64,000 nt of DNA from Phoronis australis (taxonomy: Eukaryota > Animalia > Phoronida): positions 497,940 to 561,939 of the forward strand of contig NMRA01000120.1 of assembly GCA_002633005.1 (NCBI GenBank), written 5' to 3'. Shown piece by piece: positions 1 through 14,163 of this stretch. The notes below the pieces were generated by a model. The model had not been told where the DNA came from, ran no database searches, and saw only the letters and a list, made by a program, of their open reading frames with translations. The number at the start of each line of letters is the position of its first letter. Within the stretch, counting starts at the first letter, position 1. Made by a program: the position numbers and the translations under genes.

Positions 1-3000
1 CTTGAATTATACAGGCATCACACTCCATGGGAGCAGCCATATTGAAGTAACTAAGCACAACAATACAATCTGGCTCTCTGATTGGTCAATTCAATACAAA
101 AGCGCCATCAAGTGGCAGGAATGTGCATCATATTTTGTGCAACAAAAACACCTTTTTTAAAAAAAATGTGCAAGTGTAGATGTGGGAACTTTTTGGAATT
201 TGATTTATAGGTATATTATCTAGCCACATAGAAAAAACTAGGTTGCCCCCCCAAAGTACTCACAAGGATGAACGCTACGAGATCTGGCCCACCGACTAAT
301 ATTTTGTTTATATGAGTAACCTCAGTACTCGCCTTACAGCACACGCTTTATAATAAAATTTCACCAATTAAGGGCACAGTATGGCAGAAAAGTGGAGCTT
401 GATTTGCTCATTTTTCATTGCAAAATATGTGTGTGACCAATTTAATCCTTATCTATGTCCACGTGGCATCGAGTACCCTGTAGTGACAAATGCGTTTTAA
501 CTTTCTTCGTTTTTGCTTGGCACAGCTAGTCTGCCATTGGTTTGACATTCTCATGGCACTTGCAGATTACAGGAAATTCTATGAACATGAGATGTGAAGC
601 GGGAATTGACCATGTTATCAAGAGCACTTAGCCTCAATACACAGAACAATTAAGCATGTTGCCCAGATAAGAGTACGATCAACAAATGGCAACCACACCC
701 CGATTGGTTGTTTTGTGTAGGTTGCAAAAACAAAATAATTCCGTTTATGGTATATTGAATGAAACTGCACTGACTGTGCGAGTATGTATCTGAGAGTACG
801 CTTCTGAAATAATTTTATATAGATTAAGGTTAAGATAAGTTTTCCAAATTGGTGGATTGGCCTTACTAAGTTTTACCATCGCTGGTTGCACCCGACTTGA
901 CTACTAGTAGTGCCTAGTACAAGCTTAGCGTGGACCAATTGAATTCGCATTGATCTTACTTCATCACCAACTCAAAGTGCTTTTCAGAATAGTTGTTATT
1001 TATTATTCTTTGCTGTAAATGACAAACTGAGGAAATGAATCTACAGTTTTTACTGTGCTGCTTTCAGGAAATTACCAGAAAGCAAAATCAATTTGTGCTC
1101 TTGACATGCAAAAATCAAAAATATCCAGCATTCAGCAGATAAATTTTAAAGTCGTATTTATACAACCAAGCCGGGATACGAAAATTCATCCTCTTGTTTT
1201 TCATTTCTGACCCATTAGTCCCAATAACTGGGCTTGAGGCTCTTAATTGCATTGGACGTAAACACAACTAACACTTGAGTCCAGGTCCCATGAGGGTTAT
1301 TAGACATGCTACAATGATTAAATAGAAAGCCTGTCAGCAATAATGAAAATGCACTATCTATACACTCTACCATATAGTAGCCATGAACTAGGTGGTCAAG
1401 TCAAAGGCCACAGGTAAGACAGTCTTGGAATTCTCACAATGGTGACAGACTGTTGCTAGGGAGGATTTAGTTGATGTTATTTTCAGGAGCACATATTGCT
1501 TTACCAATAAAGTGGATCAGTACACGGAGTTTTGGGTTATGAATTTTTTTAAACACGAAAACTTGCTTTAAGTTGGATGCCAAAAATTGGATCTTTGTTT
1601 TACTTGAATAAAGTTTTGCTTTGCAGGGCCATCGATCACCTGAAGGGAAAGGTGCCTGTGCCTTCTGAAGGGGATTTTTGTTGAGGATCAGTACCGGATC
1701 CATTCCTGCACGGTCTCCATTCCTCATCGGCAATACCTAGAGTAGCTGAAACTGACGTTTTGCATAATTGATTCTGACCTCCAGGGGAATTATTTAATAA
1801 TTAGAACAAAATTTGTGGGCCTGATAGGCCCATTCACTTGGTGTTTTTAAATATTTTCCAGAGGGGAACATGGGCGACATTTGGCCTCAAAACCAATGGC
1901 CCTGTTGCTTAGCATTTGTCCCAGGTCCAGAGTGAAGCCTTTTACGTGTATGTCTGTAATGAAATCTCATGGTCCAGTTTGATCTGAGTTGCTGTTTTCA
2001 TATATAGGGGCAGCATAATAAAGTGATTTATCGGCATTCTTGAATGAAAATTAATGCCATGTGATTTCGCAATGTTTCTATTATTTTTGCGAACATTATG
2101 CTGTTGAATCATCACTGTTGTGTTGTGGGATATTCAAATGCTTTGTCCATACCAGTTTACTTTTGTTAAACGTTTCGAAATGTTCCAAAGTAAAAAAACA
2201 TTGCATTTCGTCGCTTGTAAACTCAGTCCGTCTTGTGCACCAGGATTTGAAATTGGGTCTTTTTGATTTCCATTTTCGTCTTTTTCCGTCTCTTTTTCAT
2301 CATTATTTTGACTTTACTCATGCAAAAACGTTTATTTCAGTAAAAATTTACAACACAAAATGACTCCTCTCACTCAAGCCTATTTATGTGTGCAATCAGA
2401 TACATAACCTGGGAAATTTTTCCTCTTTTTTGTCACTGGTTATTCCAAGCCCTGAAATATACAATACTTCAGATTTTAAAAAATATGATTATGCCTGCAT
2501 AGCCTTTTTGTTGTGCCATCTTACGATGACTGTTTATTCACGCCCCAAACTAAGATAATTTCATTGTCCGCTAACTACCGAAGCCGGTCTGAAAGGTTCA
2601 ACTCATTTCGCAGTTTACAATGACGCTCCTCTGGTGAGAGAGAGTTAAGCTGGTATGAAAGTGCCTTTACTGCACATATTTCTAGGTTGTCTTCCTGTAG
2701 TGTTAACTTGGCACTTTAAATATTCTGCATAGTTGGATTCTGCTTGTATTAGGAACATTATATTACAAACATGTTCAAGCGATTTACATGAGTCTTAAGC
2801 CAAAGTTTATATTTGTTCAGTACCGCTTAATATTACGCAAATTTTAGTGACATGTGTTTCACTTTTTCAAGTCGTTATTCAGTCACTTATTCTAGACTTT
2901 AATTATGCCAGGTTGTGACTGTGTGCACAGCCGAGCTTTATCGATTGAACAAGTGTGAGCAGGTGTGAAGGGCTCCTAAATAGGTATTTGTTGATCAGTG

Positions 3001-3332
3001 AAGATGACACGTTGACAAAGAACACGTTAAAGACACAATAAATCCACACTTTTTGTTACCAACAAGTTACCAAATTATCTCATCTTGTTGCTTATTCAAA
3101 TTAATAGGCTTGAGATTGAAGAAAACTGATACCTGCTTATTGTTTAAAAGACCAAACCTCATATAGCAATACGTCATGGTGAGTTAGTTTCAATTCTAGC
3201 CGTACGCCAGCTTAATTTCAGATCATTTGTTGTTAGCAATTTCATTTCAACCAATGGATAAGAACTCTATGACGTCTCTTTTGTGAAGAACGTAAATTGT
3301 GCCTCTGCACAAATTTTATGTTTTTAACACCA

Positions 3333-3757
3333 GGAGCCAGGGTTTAATCTGTATACACGAAATCAAACTCAAATTTATTTTTGACATTTTCTGTTCTACT
3401 TTTGTGCAGACTCGAGCTAAGTGACCATTAGTATGTACTTGATTACATTATGGTTCATGCATATGAATTTCTAGTCCAAGTTTGCTCTTGATGACCTCTA
3501 GATATGTGCTACTAATGCTATAGTGAAATCTTGAGACTTCGAGTGAAAATTTGAAATCTCAATTTCAGACTCGATCTTTTAACCTTACTGCTGGGGTCAT
3601 CAAGTGCAAACTAGGATTAGAAAGTTATCCAGGTAAGCCATATTTATGAGCTCTAACGTAGAATATTAGATAACTTGAACTCACTCAAAAGTGAAATTAC
3701 AGAAAAGCCAAAAAAGTATTTTGAGTTTGATTTTGAGTAAGATAAGATCCTGGTTCC
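3333..3757. repeat. Fold-back (palindromic) element; related central portion at about 33370-33500
   Basis: Arms aaatcaaactcaaa..ttttctgt / acagaaaa..tttgagtttgatttt, and ctagtccaagtttgctcttgatgacc / ggtcatcaagtgcaaactaggattag. Confidence 0.65.
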
Positions 3758-5194
3758 AAAACAGGGTTTATGGCGACTGTCAGGTGTGAATAAACTTTAC
3801 CATATTGGGCATTTAGCTTTGTAGATTTCTATAAGTTTACTGAAACACACTTAAAAATGTTATGTAATACGCAACATGGTATAACATTTTTTCTTTTCTG
3901 TTATTAAACTACAAGCCTTTTGATCACAATTTTGTTCCTTGGCCAAAATCGGAAAATCGTCAACTATTCCTGTCTTTTGCTGTGATCTGAGTGCCTTGTA
4001 CACAGTTTGAGAATGATTCCTGAGTGCCAGCCATTTTGTTTTTGAAAACGGATTTTGATAACTACAGATTTTTATGAACTTTCCCTTCCGAAATTCACAT
4101 ACGATTACCGTATGGGTATTGATGGCTTCATTATAATGGGCTTTAACTCTGTGATAACTATGGAAATCTCATGCAACAACCATAGGTCTTGAAGCTACTT
4201 AAACTCACGAAGGCAATCAAAGTATTCTTTACTTATGATTTTTGTTACCAAGGGCGTCGAAACCATACGGGATTAACCAACCCTATATTGCGTATTCAAA
4301 AACGTCATAGTGTTCACATTGTCTACCATGACTTGAATTGCTGCCTCAGTCAATTCAAAATCAGATAAGCGTGGTCATTTTTGAAACCCCAAAACGCTTA
4401 ACTCAAACAACAGTGAATTACTCCTTTAGTTTTCTTATTGCCACGTTCTGCATTCTTTATTTCCCTTTCGGTTGGGAAGTTATAGATTGCCCTCGTCTAA
4501 AATGTATAGATCTTTAATGATACAGTCCATTGTGTTGGGATTGGCATTTTACTCAAGATAAAAACGTGGGCAGTGAACAGAGAGTTAAGTGCATTCAAGC
4601 TTAACGTGTGGATTGTAGTTTTTCTTTCGTATATTGTTGACCAATGGTTTGTTATACTGTGGATTGTAAAGGTAGGGTGTGCTGTGGCTGCAGCTGTGCT
4701 GGCCTACTTGGTTGCTCCTGAGTGAGGGTACCACATGGTAATTTTAGTGATTTTTGTGGATTGGCTCAATTCCATGATTGCTGCTGAATTATTCAAGTTG
4801 ATAAGTCAAATGTTTACCAGATGTGTAGTTTGTATTTAAGGATATCTCAAACCTTATTCGCAAAAATTGGCCGTTTTTACTATATTTCGCATATGTCTAG
4901 CAAAATACCTTATTTTCATTCTCGGGAAACTTCAAATACCAAATATATACCGTGTAGCAAACAAAAAAGATTTAGCAGAACCACCTTGGAACTGCACAAC
5001 CAGTGGAAATTTGTTTACTGCTTATCCGAGGTCAAAGGTTACAGGGCTGTCACTCAAATTGAATTTTCTGCCAGGCATACAGCAGCTTTGTATGCAAACC
5101 TCGGACAACAAGGTATATTATTATAGAAATATGCCCCGTAAATGAAGACAAAACATACTAGTAGTTTTGATCGTGAAGGAGTAGTGCGACTACA

Positions 5195-7720
5195 TGCACA
5201 CTCGTCCGGGTAACCACCCATGCTCGGCTTACTGCACACCCCCGAAATTTTAAAATTTTCAGTTTTAAGTGCCCACGTTCTGCTTACCGCCCACCGCCAA
5301 TTTTTCATGATTGAGACTTCCTTAATAGTGTCTGTGCTTCTGTGAATGTTCGTGACACAAAACTATATTCCAAAACGTGCGCGACTCGCTTACCCTTCAG
5401 TGACAATCAATCAGTTTTAGTAGAACAGGGAACTTGCTTTACTATGGCGATAAAATACCCGTATTCTCATGCGTTTTATTAAAGGAGACACAATTATTTC
5501 CTTTGGCTCAAGCACGGAACTGTGTCAGTATTTACTGATCACTGAGACAGCGCTTGTCCAATGTATTTCATTACCGTGGAAGAACAAGCAAAGCGGTACT
5601 TGACAGGAATTTGGAGTCCGTGTTCTACCTTTCTGCGATTCCCCCTATGTGCCGTGACAGTACACAAAACATCACCACCCTGAGCATTAAAGTAAGAAAA
5701 ACACAAGCACACCAATATTATTTTGGACGCATTGTTTTGAATACAAGCAGACAGGAGTCATTAAGACAAACCAATTTGTCTCGCTGTTCCCTGCCCAATG
5801 GTTGAACGCATGTTTTTAATGGCTCACTCCTGACACCAAAATGGAAGTGCTCAACCAAAGTGGAAGCGCCCAACCAAAAGCAACTGTGAAAGAAATCAAG
5901 TTTTACTAAGCGCAAGTCGACCATTCTGTGCACATCCACGTGGTCAAAAACTCTCATTTTTTGAACTCTTCATTTGCCTGATGTCATTTTACATGACGTG
6001 TTTTTGTTTCATTATTTTTGAAGCCGACCGAGCATCCCTATTGCCCATTAGTAGTATCGTCGGAGTGTTGAGCACGTGCTTTGAACAAAAGCGGTGTCGG
6101 CTGTTCTCATACTCAGACAGAAATATACAACATATATAAAGTGTTTCATTTTTCAAACTAGGTTCAGAGCATTTTAATGTTCTTAATGTTCAGTCATAAG
6201 CACCTGTTTTGGTTGCCAAGAAAGTGTCTAGCGGGAGCAAATCTACGAAGTCAGGTGCATCCCTTATAAATACGCGGCACACTAGCAGAGTCTTGCTTGA
6301 TTTGCCTTTTGATGAAGAAACTTGCCCCACTGAACGCACGCCTACCTGTAGGAATACATGAGAGATGTCGAGCAGCGACGGAGGTATGTAAAATATCCAA
6401 TCACGCTCGGGATCGTGATCGCTGGTCCCCTACGTGCCCAGCCAGCATGCAGGCATCACGCAGTGGCACGTGCTTTAGCGTTGGTTAATGTAACCTCAGC
6501 AGTCATTGGTTAGCTTACAACACCCTGAAAAAAATGGCGGACTCGGAACGATTTTTATCCTTGTCATGCAAGTGGCGTCGCAGCACTACTATTTCGTTTC
6601 TGGAGTGATGTTTAACAGCCGTGTGCTTGAAGCACATACATGTACAATAAGCATATATCTGGCCGATTTAACCGGTGTGTTATTCACACTGTATGAATAC
6701 TGGACAGTATCGTAAACAAAAGTTATCGACAGTTGAAAGATGCACTCCGAAAAGGCGCAACCACAATTTCTAGGATTTACTTTTCCTGAACATTAATTTT
6801 AAGCACCGATTTGTCTGTACAACAGACCGCATTTTACACTTCAGCCCATCACTCATGAGAGTTTGTTTGCATAAAGCGCTGCCTGTTGAGAATTTGACCA
6901 GCCAATCAGAAACGCCGGTGTACAAAAATTTCTCATGGAAAATTAAGTGATACCTGTCCCACCTAGCGACACGCAGGAAATCAGTGAAGGGATCACGGTG
7001 CCCTTTATCATGTGCGCTATTCCACTTCAAGAGTGGAAGTCCGTTAGTTCAATCTGTGAACGTACATTTGAACTGCTATGCTTGAAGTCCGATGTCAGTT
7101 TAGCTCCATGAGGGTAAAACCGGTCCTCCGTTCAGTAAGCACCTACTCCTGATTTCAAAAATTTCAATTTCAACCGCCCATGCTCGGATTACGGCCAGGC
7201 CTTTATCCAGGATTTTGAAAATAGGGTGTCCAAAATGGGGTTCCTAATATTCCAGGGCGTCCATGATTCCGACGCGTAACCCCCCCACCCCCAGCAATAC
7301 CCCCAAAAACACAGATTTTTTTACAAGATCAAGGTTTTTACATCTAAGTTTATAAAACAGCCTTCTATGGTGAGCATTTTCACTTAAAAAAATGTGTAGA
7401 CCAAGACTTTTACAATGCTGTCAATCAAGTGTCAAAATAGCAACAATGCATATACTTTGTATATACATTGTATATTTCTTTCTGCTTTGAAAAAGGAGCC
7501 CCCACTGTGAGCCTTCAGAGGCTTCCTAGTGTTCATGACAATGTGCGAGTCCAAACTTGAAAGGTTCCTATTGACAGTGGGCATGCAAATGATACATTGG
7601 GCGTCCTTGCCAGGGCGTCCTGATTAGGGCGTCCGCTGCATAAAGGCCTGCTTACCGCCCACCCCCTGTATTTTAAATTCCCAATTTAAGCGTCCTGGGC
7701 GGTAACCTGGACGAGTACGG
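5195..7720. mobile_element. Putative non-autonomous TA-flanked (Tc1/mariner-Tc2/pogo-like) element, about 2.5 kb
   Basis: Left actcgtccgggtaaccaccca (5200-5220) and right tgggcggtaacctggacgagt(acgg|ta) form an 18/21 inverted match. The subterminal motif cttaccgcccacc occurs near both ends. No transposase ORF. Confidence 0.5.
7196..7650. mobile_element. hAT-like MITE nested in the 5195-7720 element
   Basis: TIRs CAGGCCTTTATCCAG / CTGCATAAAGGCCTG (14/15); degenerate 8-bp TSD attacggc / cttaccgc; internal gggcgtcc repeats. Confidence 0.7.
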
Positions 7721-10700
7721 TATGATAATCCCTGATCTTCTTTCTTTCAGAAAATATGTGGTTTTACTAGTTGACAAAGCCTCATATTTTTGATGTATGA
7801 GTTAAAATGGAGGCCACTAAATAAGGTTTGAGATAACCTTAATGGAAAGGACATTTTCAAACACCTACTGTGCTTTAAAAGGCAAAAAATAGCAGACTCT
7901 CTTGGAGATTTTTATAAGCTGGTTAGTCTGTGTTATTTGGAATTTGAAACGTTTTCATTGGAAGGTTTACAAATAGCAAGGTGAACGAATACTAGTGGCC
8001 TCTAGATGCAATGTTTTTAAATTTTGTGTAAAACGGCTCACATCCAATGGCATACACTCAAAGGTGTTCTCCCATGCCAGCTGCGAAGAAGGTACGTAGT
8101 ACGGTAAAAGTTCTCGGAAAGTTTCTAAAATTTGGGACACTAAAATTCAAGTCAAAATTGAATTTTCTTGATTCTGAAGATTGAGGCATGGGCAATTTTA
8201 GGATTCATCTTACTTTTGAAATATTGGACACTGCGCTTCATGTCAACAGCATCATCTGAACATACAGCAATCGTTAAAATCGTTAAAAATGGCCAGCGAT
8301 GCAACGTTTTCATGTCTATGTGGTTGATCGTAATTCTTGAACTTGAGATGACTAGTAGTATATATTTTTAAAATATGGTACAAGCTCAGACCTTGAGCAG
8401 AATAAATATTTTTTCACTGTCCCAATGTGTGGAATGTTTACCGTACTGGTGACAGTTATAGCCAGGTGGCGGTAAGTCACCCGAGTCCAATGTTATCTGC
8501 TCCCATTGCTTTCTGAAGGTCTTCAATTGGTTACTGTGAGCCCTCATCACCTTCTGTCTGTCCATGGTCAATCCGATCAATGATACATGCTATTCCTAAT
8601 TAGTACTAGGCTGATTTAATGTGATTACTATTTATGTCTGTTGTGTCAAACTTAGTATGTGTTGACTACATGCAAAACGAAAGGTGTTCCTGTGCTCAAC
8701 AAGAATGGAGGGATTTCTAAAACTGACCTGATTTTTAATATTTGTAAATTTTTTTATGATTCCGTTTTGTAACATGCGGACTGAATTGATATTTTATGCA
8801 AACACTCTTTTTTAAAAAATTGGGGGAATTTGAGGCTCAAAACGCCGGTTCTATGTGGTACAAAGTGAATCCGCTGGAGTCAATGATTCGATGAAGTTCT
8901 ATGATTATATCTAATAATTTAAACATTTACCAAAAATTAACTGAAATTGATAATTCTTGAGCTGAAAATGTTTTGATCTGCACAATTTTATTGACTGAAA
9001 ATGGTGGAGTCAGCCTAATGTATTAATTTGTTGAAAAGGTACAAGGCATAGAATTGAGTATATTAATTGACTGAAAATGGTCCAAGCTATGATGTTTACA
9101 TTTATGCATCATAGTTAAGAACTAACATATAGGCATATTAATGATATTCCTGGTTGATTCTCTGATTTACACAGTTTATTATTTGCTGTAATTTTAAGTA
9201 GGGTATATGTTTTAAAACTGACAAATTTTGGAATTTTGGCTCCTGTTAATTGCCACTTATTTTATCCAATAAATTAAATATATTATCCTGTAGTTGATGG
9301 GTGTGCGAAAGTAACTTTAGTAACCAAGTATCGCTAACTACTTGTATGTGAATTTAATGAAATGAGGGCTATGAGTTGCCCATGTGGTCCAATAGGCCGG
9401 TCCGAATTACATTACGACAATTGAATCTAGCTTTATTTACTCACATTGCTGCAATATCCACCAAGCACTTTTGTATCCCATCATTGTAATTCTACATCTT
9501 ATTTGTTGTTGTCGCATTTTTTTCAAGTTCTTCTCAGCTGCGTGATTCTATTCTCACTTTCATTGCCCACGAAGTATTTCAACTGTGTCGTTGGCTGCAA
9601 CTCATACTTGAGAACTTAGTTGGACAAACTTGGCAAATATCTGTGGTTGCGTGATGTATATTCTTTGCCTTCCCGACATCAAAGACCAGAAAATACGAGC
9701 AAGCGGAGCAAGTTTGTTGGATTCATGCAAGGGAATCGCCCTTCTTAAAGATAACTTTTCAAATCCAGTACTTTTAAATGGTTGAAATCGGGAATATTTC
9801 GTCGGCCATACACCTCGACGGTTTCCGATGTGACAATGAAAATGTGTCGGATATATTCCAAAACTAGGTCAATGAAAACAAATTGCTTTTTTGCCTCTGT
9901 TATGGAGGAGAATTGTATCGCTGTGTAATCCGGAACGTTGCTATTAACAGTAACTAAAGTACTTTATGTTGTTCTGATATAAGAATACCGGTACTTTATC
10001 TCATCATTGGTCAGATACTTTCTTTTGAGCATATGACTTGAATCACATGACATTCTTCTAGGTACCCTATTCACTTCCATTTTTACACCAACATCACATG
10101 TCCTGTGTGAATGGATGAATAATTTTGTATAGTCAATATACAGTGTTGCAACCTTATCAACATCATTAGAGAAGTGTGCATTACTAAGGATTAATGTTGT
10201 GCCCTTGCATTGTTATTCTTTAAGTGCAAAAGTGATAGTACGCGAATTAGGTGGGACAAGAAATTGCCACCTAGTAGCCTAATGTGAAATAAGTGAGGGA
10301 CAAAATAGTATTTTTCCAAATATTTGTCAGTGTGCAAAATAAGGCAAGTGTGCGTAATAAGTGGAGAATCACCGTATTTGATGGCGTGACTGCGACAATA
10401 CCTGACAATGCAGTCGATTCTGTAGTAATTAAACCTGAGTAGGCCTTTTCAGCCTCGTTCTGACCTACAGCAAACATATAGTCAAGTTCTTGACTATCAA
10501 TTGACTTCCTTATTTGGAAATTCACTTGAGTTGAGCAACCTGATAGCTGTCGCTACTTTGCATCTAAAAAGGCTGTAGATAAGGCATGTAAAACACCATT
10601 TCTTTGATATTATTATTCTCTACATTATCAATTACGGTATTCTATAAGCAGTGTAATAGGAAACAAGTTTACAAACTGTAGGACAAAGGTGTTGCTGTGG

Positions 10701-13700
10701 CTATGATTGCAAATGAGTAATTACAAAACGATGGTTTGAAATCATATTGCATTTAGTTTCCATCCAAATCACAGGAGAGAACTGCAGTGGTACTGGAGCA
10801 TGGTCCGCCAAGCACTCTATCGCCATCTAGCTATTTCTTTATTTCACCACTGTATCGGAAAATAGGTATTCATTTCTTGAAATGTATTTGTGTTTTTAGT
10901 GATTCGTAGGTCTGACACGGTTCGTGCATATAACTGAATGTTTCATGGCAATGATTTTAAATTTAGTGTTTTAGTTTCCACGATTGTTTCGGTGCCTATG
11001 CATTTGCAGTGGTGCATTAGAAGTGTAGTTGTGAAGATGGAACATAAAGAACCAGAGATGTAAATGCATGTACTTACATGAAGTTCTGGAACAAATTAGT
11101 TGAATTGAAAAGTAATGAAAATTTACTTAATTCCGACAATGATAATGGAATTCTACTGAGGGGTCGCAGGTGAAAGAGTGAGGAGACGTCTCTCCTGTCC
11201 CCTTTTGACTATAGCCCTGTTCATATGACTTTCTCACCATGGCATTTTCCTGTGCTTAATCTCAAGGCTGAACTTTATGTTTTTGGCCAGTTTTATAATG
11301 TTCTGGACAATTTCTCCGTCTTGACATTGATATATAAGACATAGAAGTATTCAAATGTTAGTATGCAAGTTACTTTCTTCTGGTAAGTGGTCTCAGGCTC
11401 ATGCTGAGGTAGTGAAGGGCGGACTAGGTGGATATTACGGTCCAATGCGGTTGGCTGGTTTTTATTGATTGACGCCTCTACTATCTCTTGTCATTTATAT
11501 CTCTGGTCTTCTTCTTACAGTGGATGGGTTAACCTTGGTAAGTGTAGTTTAAAATATCTCATCTTCTACTGGGATTTTGTTCTGTGCTATGCCAACCTTC
11601 AGGTAATGTTTCTGAGAAATTGTTGACAAACCAATGTTAGAAGATTTTGAAAAATGATAAAGACCAGTTGTTGCAATTATTTTGGTGAGATTTTGCTGTG
11701 CACTCATTAAGGTAATTAAAATAAAATCATTTGGATGTCAATTCTGATGTACTTGCAGCTTGACATGTCTTGTTCATGCCTAAGATGTCACGATGTTCAA
11801 GTTAAGATGTTAGAAATGAACAAAAATTGATTTTTACTTCGTTGTCTTGTGTGGTGGTGATCCATCTATAACACCATTATGTAGTGTCAATGTGAGGCGT
11901 AATTAGACGCTTATTGTAGTATTCTTTCAAATTTTACCTGAAGTATTAGATTGGTGAAGATACTAATTACGGTATAGTGTTATATTACATAATTGGTTGC
12001 TTTAATTAAGATTGTGGCCAGATCTCTTTGACTTCAGTCAAAGAGATCTGGTGAAAACATTTTGGTTTGAAAGGTAGGTTATTGCCTGTATGAGATAAGC
12101 GAATTGCTTTCAAAAAGGATAAATGACTTTCAGAGTTATGAATTTTTCGGTTTCAGTAACTAATAAAAATAGATGTCAGTTTGAAGAAACCATCATGGCA
12201 TTGCAATAGAATAAGTTTTTCGTAGTTCGTGAAGATGTTGATCAGGTAAAATTTCACTTACTACTAACTGTTCAGTGCTTCGTTGAGAATTTGACGTTTG
12301 ATCGAGTATTTGATTCCGAAATGGATGACTGGCTCTCTGGTGCAATTTCAGTATTTTCAAGAGTCATTTTATTTTGGATTATATACCTTATGGTGTTGAA
12401 GTGTGTTTAGTGAAGCTATTGTCATTACAGCACTACAGACTGGTTCACGATTTATGGACTAAACCCTATGCCTTGATGAGATTACACCAGATCATTTTTG
12501 TGGTCATCTGTCAGTTTTAAAAATTAATGGCCATTAAAGTTCTATTTTAGCCTGTATACTTAGGGTATAGAGCCATTATTGGTAGCTAGTTATTGTGTCA
12601 TAAATATTGCGGTGAATGTGCAACTTATGCTCACGGAGTTCTGATACTATTTTTCAGTTTGGGCTAATTTGCTTGAGTTTGAGACACCGACATTGGTGGT
12701 GGTTGTGGTGAAGAGAGAATTCTTCACGGTCAAAAATGATTGTCAAAACTGTCGTTTTTCTACCTAAATATTTGAAATGTTTACAGGCTAAAGCAGGGTT
12801 TAGGGTCTTTCGAAACTTACCTCACATGGTAAACTTCTGCATATACAGTACCATGAAATATGAGAATGATTTGGCATGCTTGGAACTGTAGCAAGAGGTG
12901 TTGTGTGAGTAGGCAGTACTTTCACAGTTTGGTCATCCGGGTTTAGAAAGGACCTCACCTTGAATGCAATTTTGAGAAGTTGTGAGAATTATGAATTCCA
13001 TCAGTTTCTTTTCTTACTTTGTTTTCCATGGATGAAAGAACCATGGAATTCACTTCCAACCGAAATTGTGCTTTTGTTTTTTCTGTACGTGCACGAAATT
13101 GAAATGGACTTAAAAAATTGTTGATGTTGAGTTCACTGGATTCCAGTGTTTGGAAGTGTAGGGTGAACTGAACACTGAACTATCCAAACAAAACAGTGTA
13201 ACTCTCTGGTAGCTTTTCACAAAGGAAGCCTTCTGAAATTCCTGTGTTTTCTTTTCAAACATCATAGATCACGAATTTTGCCCATCCTGACTGCCTATTT
13301 TCTAAATTCTTACACAGGCAGTGTTAAAGCAATATTTTATTATTATAGTGGAATAGATGAAAATGAGAAATAAAATGGATATGCCATAACTGAACAGATA
13401 ATTTTTAAAGGGAATATTCAATGAGTCTGTATTGAAGTTGGCAATGCAGTAAGCTGTGCGTTCTCCTGCTGATCTGCTAAAAATTTTGCAGATCAGCGAA
13501 CTATTATTCTGACCAGTCATTGACTGGTCGCTGACTCGTTTCCGAACAGTAAGATAAAAATGTGTGACTTGTGCTGTAGTTGTTAGCTTTTCTTGGTATT
13601 TAGACATTCATATCAAAATCTGCCTTAGTTTTTGTAAGTTATATAGATGTCCAATACCTGTTTTTTATTTGAAAATTTCTTAATTCATAACTTATTTTGA

Positions 13701-14163
13701 GCTGTGGTCATGTGCAATTCTTTTGCACTGTATAGATTTTGTCTTGGTGGCCTCTGATTTCAGTGGTTTTATGGAAAATATTCTCCAATTTGGGACATTA
13801 TATAGAGTTAGGGACATGGAAACCAGCAAAAAGTAAATTTTCTTGATCCTGGAAATTGGGACACTGTAGTTCTAAAATTTAATGTTTTCAATCTACAGGG
13901 CGGGTAATTGTGCCACTTTTCCAATGATTCTTGACTTTGGGATGGCCAATTGGCTATTTCTAGAATTTGGGACAAGCTCCCACCTTGAACAAAATAATTA
14001 TTTTTTCTTTGTCCCAAATTGGCCCGCCCATGCTGTAATTTTGTTTTTTGTTTTTGTGTTGCGGTTTTAAATAAATTTCTTCTTTATCCCTCTCACTCTT
14101 TCTAGTAATCTGTTCATGGCCTGTTGTATCTGAGCTATTGCCTTGTTTCAGGTCTGACTAGGT

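Noticed and set aside
1467-1733. 88-aa minus-strand ORF and possible terminal exon near the window start
   Set aside because: No recognisable domain in any frame and no linked exons found.
8047-8091. ATG..AAG|gtacgt segment (MAYTQRCSPMPAAKK) as an upstream coding exon of CCDC142
   Set aside because: Splicing to 14152 hits TGA after one codon, so it cannot extend the protein. At most a uORF exon, with no independent support.
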